A stretch of DNA of 64,000 nucleotides from Octopus vulgaris (lineage: Eukaryota), in NCBI GenBank assembly GCA_951406725.2, contig OX597831.1, positions 81,654,001 to 81,718,000 on the forward strand, given 5' to 3'. Of this stretch, positions 55,288 through 64,000 are shown piece after piece. Every line of letters begins with the position of its first letter. Within the stretch, counting starts at the first letter, position 1. The position numbers and the translations under genes were made by a program. The notes below the pieces were generated by a model. The model did not search any database, was not told the DNA's origin, and was given only the letters and a program-made list of their open reading frames with translations.

Positions 55288-55628
55288 TTCACATTCCTCC
55301 CTTTTACAAACACACACATATACTCACACAAAGTTGAAGCACTGTTTGATTTTTGTTTCTCCGTTGACTTTTCACCATCCCACTTCCATCAGTGGATCAT
55401 CCCTTCCTTTCTCAATCATATGTTGTGACAGAGAAATACACAAGAGTGTTATTATAGTAGATTATTACAGTAGAATATACACGACGTTCTCTTTGCCCCT
55501 TCATCTCTCTCACTGCTATTACTTTCTCTCACTCCCTCTCAGTCATGGCTATTACTGTCACTACTTCTCCTTCACGGAATTACTATTTTCCTTCCTCTCC
55601 CTTACCATTTACTCTTGCGTGATTTTGG

Positions 55629-55670
<42 letters not shown>

Positions 55671-55672
<2 letters not shown>

Positions 55673-56389
55673 CATTTCATCTGGTTTCAGCTCACGAGCT
55701 GAGGCCATGCTGGGGCACCGCCATTCGGTGTTGCTACATGATTTTACTTCACGAATGCTTTTTAGCAATTGACATTTGGTGCATGAGAGAGTTTGATGCA
55801 GCTGCCCTCATCTGCACCTCCTGCCGTGAAGTTGGTTCATCTGGGACACCTGACAGGAAGAGGTCCAGCTTTATTTTAAAGACATCTGCATCCACCCCAT
55901 GCAAGTCTCTCAGGTCCTTCAGGAGGATATTGAAGAGCTGTGGACCTCTGAAGCCCAGGCTATCACAGTATCTCGTCCTACATCTTGATGGCAAATTTGG
56001 AGTCCTTGGCACTATGCAGTGGCGCCCAGTTCTAGTATTTGTGTAACTCTCGATGCCAAAGTTTGGGACAAGTCCTTCCAGGATCTTCCAGATGTATATT
56101 ATGGCATATCTTTCTCGCCTACGCTCTAAGGAATAGAATCTTAATCTCTTGAGTCTTTCCCAATAGCTTATATGCTGCACAGAGGCTATCTTCTTCGTGT
56201 AGCTTCGTTGGATCGCCTCAAGTTCTGTGATTAATTTGACACTGGATGGTGACCATAGCTGAGAGCAATAGTCAAAGTGGCTTAGGACAAGTGTCCTCCA
56301 GAGGAGCATCATGGTTTCCTGGTCTCTTGTTCTAAAAGCTCTAAAAATCCGTCCGGTCAGCCGCCTACATTTAATTGCCAATTTAGCAA
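55671..56389 (-). mobile_element. 5'-truncated CR1-like LINE with intact C-terminal ORF, inserted in (TA)n
   Basis: LVLSHFDYCSQLWSP...LEAIQR...YWERLKRL...SLERRRER...WKIL; 3' stem-loop tail; TA runs on both sides. Confidence 0.88.
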
Positions 56390-56509
56390 CATATATATAT
56401 ATACATACATACATATAAATACGAATATATAAGAACACTATGCTCATTATTATATTAGGAGATTATTAAAACCATGACATACTCTATTATTTAATGATGA
56501 TACTGTTTT

Positions 56510-56750
56510 GTGGTTTTGATGACAACAAATCTCTTGAGTCTTTCTTAAGGTTTCTTGCAGAATATGGGATGGTTCTTTCCTACTGGTCAACAATACCAGT
56601 TTCTCCAAAAGACCAAACTCTTTTGGCCTTTTAGGAAGCATTTTGGGTCTTGTGCCAAGTGCACCAATTACCCCCAGAATAATTTTCAAGTTAGTCTTTC
56701 ACAAGCTCTCCATCTCTCTGGCTAAGTCCAGATATTTTTCAATTTTATCA
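56510..56750 (-). pseudogene. RLE-type LINE C-terminal fragment
   Basis: KIEKYLDLAREMESL*...IILGVIGALGT motif. Confidence 0.6.
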
Positions 56751-57538
56751 TTGTTGTTGTTGTTGCTGTTGTTGTGATCGACTGGTCCCCCTCCCCGAAA
56801 TTTCAGGCTTTGTGCCTTTAGTAGAAAGGATTATTATTATTGTTGTTGTTGTTGCTGTGATGGAAGTTCGAATCAAACCATCCCCACTTGAGTGTTATTG
56901 CTTGTTCCTTTGACTCTTGTATGTGTTTGTTTTTTGTTATTTTTTTTTTTTGGGGGGGGGGGGGTTAAATATGTTTATTTTTGAGACAAATTCTTGTTGC
57001 CGTTCATTTTCCCCTTCTTTTTATTCGTTAGTCTTGTTCGAATGGCTACATGAAGAGTTCGCTCTCTGCTTGCGCTCGGACCTCCCTATTAATAATCCTC
57101 TGCCGTCATGTAAGTACGATATTAATGGCGATTGCAATGGCGGAAAAGTAACGCAGCCCGGATGGTTTATAACCATCACCCGCCACCCCCACCCCACCCC
57201 CACACACACACACAAATGCACGCAGGCGCGTGGACACTAAGACACATATACCTCACATGTACAAACCGTATATTCGCGCATCTCATATACTGTACAAAGA
57301 CATACACAACTCACATACATATACACATACTACAACATGAAATGTATGTATGCGCATGCGCGCGTGTATATATATATATATGTGCGTGTGTGTGTGTGTA
57401 TCTATATGTGTACGTATATATGTATGTATACATATATATATGTGTGTGTGATATTATATGTATATATATGCACACACACATATATGCATACATCCGTACA
57501 CCATACATACATGTATACGTGTGCGCATGAGTGTGTGT

Positions 57539-57573
<35 letters not shown>

Positions 57574-57897
57574 TATGTGTATGTGTTTGTATGTGTGTGC
57601 GTACACATGTGAATGATCTGCTGTAGAAGCAGTAAGAATAAACGTTGTCTCAAAGTAGTAAAATCCCGGAATCAACCGGAACTGGTTGGGGGTAGGGGTG
57701 AGGTGGGAGTGAGGGGCGGTGCGGAGTGGAAGCGGGTTCAATATTGCGAGTGGCAACTTCTTGAACACTACAAGCTATAAATCTCTTAGAGTTAAGGTGT
57801 TGGTGGGGGGGGGACATAAGGTTAAGTGGAGGAGGAGGGGTGGGACATCGTAAATAATTGTTTGTTTTTGGTAATGTTTAAAGTACGATAGATAGAC

Positions 57898-58123
57898 AGA
57901 GAGAGGGAGAGAGAGGGAGGGAGAGAGAGAGAGAGGGAGGGAGAGAGAGAGAGAGGGAGAGAGAGTGGGGAGAGAGAGAGAGGGAGAGAGAGAGGGAGAG
58001 AGAGAGGGAAAGAGAGAGAGGAGAGAGAGGGAGAGAGAGAGGGAGAGAGAGAAAGAGAGAGAGAGGGAGAGAGAGAGGGAGAGAGAGAGGGAGAGAGAGT
58101 GGAGAGAGAGAGAGAGAGAGAGA
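57898..58123. repeat. (GA)n/(GAGG) polypurine tract
   Basis: Directly visible. Confidence 0.95.
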
Positions 58124-58287
58124 GCTCCGATGGTTTGGTAGCAGCGGAATCTTAAATTGATATACATACATGGGTGTGTGTGTTTGTGTCAGTGTGTATG
58201 TGTGTATGTTTGTGTGTGTGTGTATGTGTGTGCATGTTTGTGTGTGTGTGTGTATGTGTGTGTTTGTGTTTGTGTTTGTGTGTGTGT

Positions 58288-58530
58288 ATGGAGGGGCGTG
58301 ACTCGGTGGTTAGGGTTTATGCATTCATGATCGTAAGATTGTGATTTCGATTCCTGGACCGAGCAATGCATTGAACTCTTGAGCAAGACCCTTGATTTCT
58401 CATTGTCCCAGTCCTCTCGGCTCTTAAAAATGAGTTACTCTGCAATGGATCGATGCCCTGTCCCGGTGGGGGAGGGCAAATATCAACACCACAGAACTTG
58501 GGAAACCGGACTTTTGAGTCTTTAGTTCTA
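58288..58530 (+). mobile_element. S3-like tRNA-derived SINE
   Basis: GCGTGACTCGGTGGTTAG...GATTTCGATTCC...CTTGAGCAAGAC. Confidence 0.65.
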
Positions 58531-60041
58531 GAAGCTCTTGCTTATTTTTGGTGCATATTCGCAGTGTGAATGAGTTTTCGCTGCTGTTTCTAGCTGGTCG
58601 AGTGACTAAGTGAGGACTCGTTGTCAGCTCGTGAGTTGTTGTTGTTGTTGCTGGTGATGGAGCGGCTTTACTCCGGTCAGCTCTAACCATGCTGACCCAC
58701 GACCAAAGGTATCCAGCCGTGACCATCCTACATTTTTCTTATATTTTATACATACAAATGTGTTCTTCCATTTGTTTTTTTTTTAACAGTGCGGTGTGCT
58801 TTGTGGGTTATTTTATCTGCTCTTTTTAGATGGTCAAGCCACTACGTGAAGGAGCCCTCCTTGACAGCCACAACATGTTGTATAGGCTGACATCCAGCGT
58901 TAAGCACGGTCTATTGGTTCCGTGTAAATCAACCTAAACGGAAAATTATTTTAAGTCCACGACGGCAGGATTTGAACTCAGAATCTGAAACGACGATGAT
59001 GAACACTGCACCACCACATTTTAGTGAACCTTTACTGAATTTTACTTTTTCTGAGATTGGTTTTTGTTCTTAATTACTTCCTGATACTTTAGTGTTCAGT
59101 CGATGATAACCTAAGGAGAAGCATTAACATCACAACATCTCATTTCATTGTTCCCAATTAATAAACAACGAATCTGCAACATAGTTGTTGAAGAATCATT
59201 AGAACGTCGGCTTTTTACATTCTGGGTTGAAATCCCGCCGATGCCTTTCAAAAATATCAAAAGAGGTACCAGTCAAATACTGGGGCCGATGTAATCGACT
59301 TGGCTCTTCCTCTCGAAATTGCTGTGGTCTTGAACCCAGCAACGGACAGTCGTTCAGTTCAAGGGAATATTGCCACATGCTGGTAACTGAGAAGCCATTG
59401 AGTCCTACTTTAAATGCCGATAGTCATGGCTAGTCCTTCATCTTCCTACTTCCAGTTATACACAAGACTTGATTCAATCGATTGTCCCAATCACTGAATG
59501 GTTCCAGGTCAATATTATACTAGTAATGGCAATCTCTTGTCGATGTCTTTGTAGTGTCTCCTACATTTGATGTAACTCTCATTCCTCACTTAATAAACCG
59601 GCCACTTTTTCGACTTCGCAATCTTTTCTCTTCTGGGCATCATACAATAATATGAACACAATAAATTCTTTGAGCACAGTGCCAATGATACAGTTTCGGT
59701 CTCTCTTTAGAACTATTTCACTTCGCTTATAAGTGGAACTACCAATGTCTCATGTTGCCAGTTGTCCATTTTGATTTAGCTTGTTCACTCCTAGGACTTG
59801 CAATGCCCTTTTCATATTTCAGGAAAAGCACGGGAAGCAACAAGCCGGAATAAACAGCGCCAAAACGTTTCGTCTGATGCTCTAACGACCGATTCTACAT
59901 GACTTGCCAATTCGAAGGGAAGCGGTATCGTTCATGCTGTTCTTAGGGGCCATCACTAAAGGAGCGCTACTGATTAATAATGGCATGTACATAAGTGAAT
60001 AAATATAAATAACACAAACACAGCTTGACAATGTAAGAGGT

Positions 60042-60195
60042 ACACACACGCATACACACACACTCACACACACGCATACACACACACTCACACACACGCA
60101 TACACACACACTCACACACACGCATACACACACACTCACACACACGCATACACACACACTCACACACACGCATACACACACACTCACACACACGC
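60042..60195. repeat. 24-bp minisatellite, about 6 copies
   Basis: Unit CACACACGCATACACACACACTCA repeated. Confidence 0.88.
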
Positions 60196-61139
60196 GTGTG
60201 TGTTTGTATATGTGTGTGTGTATATAATCTCTATATATATGTATGTATATACACACAACACACACAAACACACACACACAAACACACACACACAAACACA
60301 CACACACAAATAGGTATCAAGAGCAGGAAATCTACAAAGGCCGCAGCAACAACAACAAAATGCCATAATACTGGTGACAAACAACAACAACAACAACAAC
60401 AACGACGACGACAACAACAACAGCGCGAAGAACAAACGGACGCAAAGAATAGAAAGCTTGCCAATTGGACAAAAGTGGTGTCTATTGAAATGAAGTAACA
60501 CAGGTGTGGAGGCGAAAGCGACAGATGTAGCTACGAGTTTAAATGAGAAAATTACTAGATAGATAACATCGCTGTTCACTGGCCATTCTCTTTGCCACAA
60601 GAAGCAGATAAATTGAAGGAGCTGAGAACTAAGCCGAGTCGTCCATTCATTATGAGGCGTTAGAAAGCTGCAGTCGTCAGCCGCGGCCAACAACGAGCAC
60701 AGCCTTCTCTTTGTAGCTCCTCCGTTCTGTGCCCTTCCTACTTTCAAACAAACCGCCTACCTACCTACTTACTTCCCTAACTACACCCACATATGTATAA
60801 AGTGAATGGGTTTCCGTCGGTTTCGACGAGGAGAATTCATCAGCTTGATCAATACAACAGACAGCGTGTTAAATTTAAGGGGCAGCTGGTTGAGTATTCC
60901 ATAAGCGTAAAAGTCTGGCAGTATCAGCGCGAGACAAAATGTTTCAAAGCTGGACCTTAGAATTGCGGGTGCAATCTATCTATCCACCAACTTACCTTCA
61001 TTGTAGACCTATCTGTTTACCTGCCCCCGTTTAAAATAAAACACACACACACACACACACATATGGATATGCAAATACATACCAATAAACCGATATATAT
61101 ATATGCTTACATATAAGACAACAAAGTGTACGTACGCCG

Positions 61140-61213
<74 letters not shown>

Positions 61214-61232
61214 ATATATATAATATAAAATG

Positions 61233-61530
61233 CAAAATGGGACAAGAACGCAAAACATCCGGATAACTAGGTGATACAAAAAGGGACAACAAAACATCCA
61301 GATTGACGATACAAAAAAACAAGGACGGGTCATTCGAAGCCTTTAATCTTCAGCCAAGAACCTCGCAATTTCGGTTGATTAATCTTGAGATTGCTCCAGT
61401 CTGGCCAGCCTTAAGGAAAAACTAAGCTAAGAGCATTAGATTCCTTGGAAAAGGATCGAATGTATACGAAGCAAGGACGAAAAACGGACGATGTTACACG
61501 AATATAAATACAAAAATAATACAAAAAACA
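61233..61530 (-). mobile_element. Interspersed-repeat-like island between TA repeats, possible Penelope-like remnant
   Basis: Non-simple sequence embedded in (TA)n; degenerate CTCAAGA..GAAA and CTGAAGA..GAAT motifs on the minus strand. Confidence 0.3.
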
Positions 61531-61547
61531 ATAATAAATATATATAT

Positions 61548-61672
<125 letters not shown>

Positions 61673-62401
61673 CTCGTACATAAATCTATACATACAAGCA
61701 TATACAGGTACATACAATCAAAACATCCATATATAAGCACATGCTTTTGTACACTCATATTCCCATACACATCTATACATCTTATTTACCATCTTATTCC
61801 TACACATATCTCTTCAACTATCGACTTCCTCTAAATCTATTTGTCTGCATTCGTATTACGAAGATTGACAATGTTATCGATATTATTACGCACACTAATA
61901 CTCACATATCTATCTACCTACCAACCTACCAACATGTCTATCCAACTATTTATCTATCTGTCTGTCTGTGTATCTGCCTGTCTGTCCATCTATAGATCTA
62001 TCTATTTCCGTATCTATATCTATGTATGTGTATATGTGTGTGTGAACAATTTAAATACTCTTTTAAAGTCAAAACTCTGCAAGCTGTTGGAATTCACAAA
62101 ACGGATCGTTAGTACATTTAATTGGTATTTCCATATTTCAGAGTTATGACGCCTATATCAGCAATGGCTGCTAGCCAGCCAACAACACCCGAAGATTTCC
62201 TCAAGAAGGAGCGTAACCCTAAAATATTGAAATACCAGGCAATAGTCCAAACCATCGATCTAATTTATTGATTTTTATAACTTGCATTGTTTGGGTTTTA
62301 AAAAAATAAGCACACACACACGTACACACACACACACACATACATACATATATACATACATAATACATACATATATATGCATGCATGTATACATACATAC
62401 A

Positions 62402-62467
<66 letters not shown>

Positions 62468-62741
62468 TGGTATATTTCGTTAAGAACGTAGCAGAGTACA
62501 GTGTAAATCTCGTCCACCTTCAGATTTGACCCTGTGCTGTTCTTGAAGCAGAGGTTGTGAACTTACGGAGACAATATTTACATACTGCTTGAGGAAATAC
62601 AACTAGATCTTATAATGCAGAGAAACAGTCGTATAATAAAGTACCTGCAGGCCTGGAAAACTAAATTGCCTGGAAACAATTGTAGTGATTAAAAAATAAA
62701 TGTCCAACCGTACTCCTTCTTGTTGACTCCAAATATTTTTC

Positions 62742-62795
<54 letters not shown>

Positions 62796-63503
62796 GTATA
62801 TATGTATATATATAAATATATAATCTATATATAATGTATATGTATATATGTCTCTGCTAGTTGTTCTTTGTCGTAGTGGAAGGTCTCAGTGTTCTGAAGG
62901 CTCTGCGATCAATGCCATCGGGAATCTAGTACTACATTACAGAAAGCAAGTAAATGTAAATCCATTTTGTTTATCTCTCTACACACATAAAATAAAGGAG
63001 ATTACCGCGACATTTCTCATGACTGGTTAGCCTATATTGCGAGGATAAATACCGCTCTGCCTTCGAAAAGAAAATGATAGCAATCGCTATTTAAAACAAA
63101 TACAAACTACGACTTAACTGGAATGACTAGACTACATCACATTCTATACATTTGCAGATGCTGTGATAAATAATTAACCATTCTGCCAACGTTTTTTGAG
63201 AGCGGTTCGATAGGTTTCACCTCAAAACATTCAGATTTGAAATAGATGCGGCATCTGAACATCCAATCAACCCTCCACTCCTTTCCAATTGTAGTTTTCT
63301 TTTTTATCGACCCTGAAATGATGAAAGACAAAACTGACGTAACAAGGATTTGATCTAGGAACGCAAGCTGTTGAAATATTCATGTACGTATGTCTGTTTG
63401 TCTGTGTGTGCATGTGAATGTATGTGTCTATGTATGAAGATACACAGACGTACAGAGAGAGAGAGAGAGAGAGAAAGAAAGAAATATGTACATTACTATC
63501 TAT

Positions 63504-63539
<36 letters not shown>

Positions 63540-63610
63540 ATATATATATATATTCATATATGTGCATGTGTGTTTTTTACTTGTGTGCGCACACAAAACA
63601 CATGCTCATC

Positions 63611-63644
<34 letters not shown>

Positions 63645-64000
63645 CACACATTGACGACATCAATCCCTCCGTATGTCACACTACCTTTCCGTCCATTGAA
63701 GAGGAGAAAGCTACGTTTTTAATTTGGTCGTATAATTACTTAAATGTTTCCCTCACAGAAACTAGTCTTTATGAAGCCAACCACTTCAGTGTCGGTTCGT
63801 CACTTCCTCTTGTTGCAGCCTAAGGATGGGGGGAGGGCTTACTCGAGGAGCAGGGTGACGGGGTCATATTCAACACACCTTTCACTGTTAATGGCCGGGA
63901 CAAAAGACAGTTTAATGATGTTAAAGGAAGAAGAAGAAGAAGAAGAAGAAGAAGAAGAAAAAGAAGAAGGAGGAGGAGGAGAAGGAGGAGAAAGAAAGAG

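Noticed and set aside
59390-59960. Possible LINE ORF1 relic (CRIGR resembling HRIGR)
   Set aside because: A single weak motif among many stops.
60184-60747. 187-aa minus-strand ORF with a unique N-terminal half
   Set aside because: No recognisable domain; it runs into microsatellites.

Overview
AT-rich animal genomic DNA saturated with microsatellites; the repeat repertoire suggests an octopod cephalopod (inference). Most ORFs in the supplied track are translations of simple repeats, and no complete host gene is recognisable, only 2-3 candidate minus-strand exons at 12.2-14.7 kb. The window holds three tRNA-derived SINE families, CR1-like and RLE-type LINE remnants, a Tx1/L1-like LINE inside a ~6.5 kb near-tandem duplication, mariner/Tc1/pogo/hAT relics and MITEs. 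The most striking signal is a set of short non-coding elements from about five families with no obvious mutual similarity, mostly next to (TA)n. Each is a fold-back palindrome, usually with an unduplicated tail, and several carry a type I hammerhead ribozyme motif with a palindromic stem III, as expected for Penelope-like pseudo-LTR/retrozyme-type retroelements. Two SINE-LINE 3'-tail partnerships are also visible, including a SINE sharing its tail and (TATC)n insertion context with the Tx1-like LINE.
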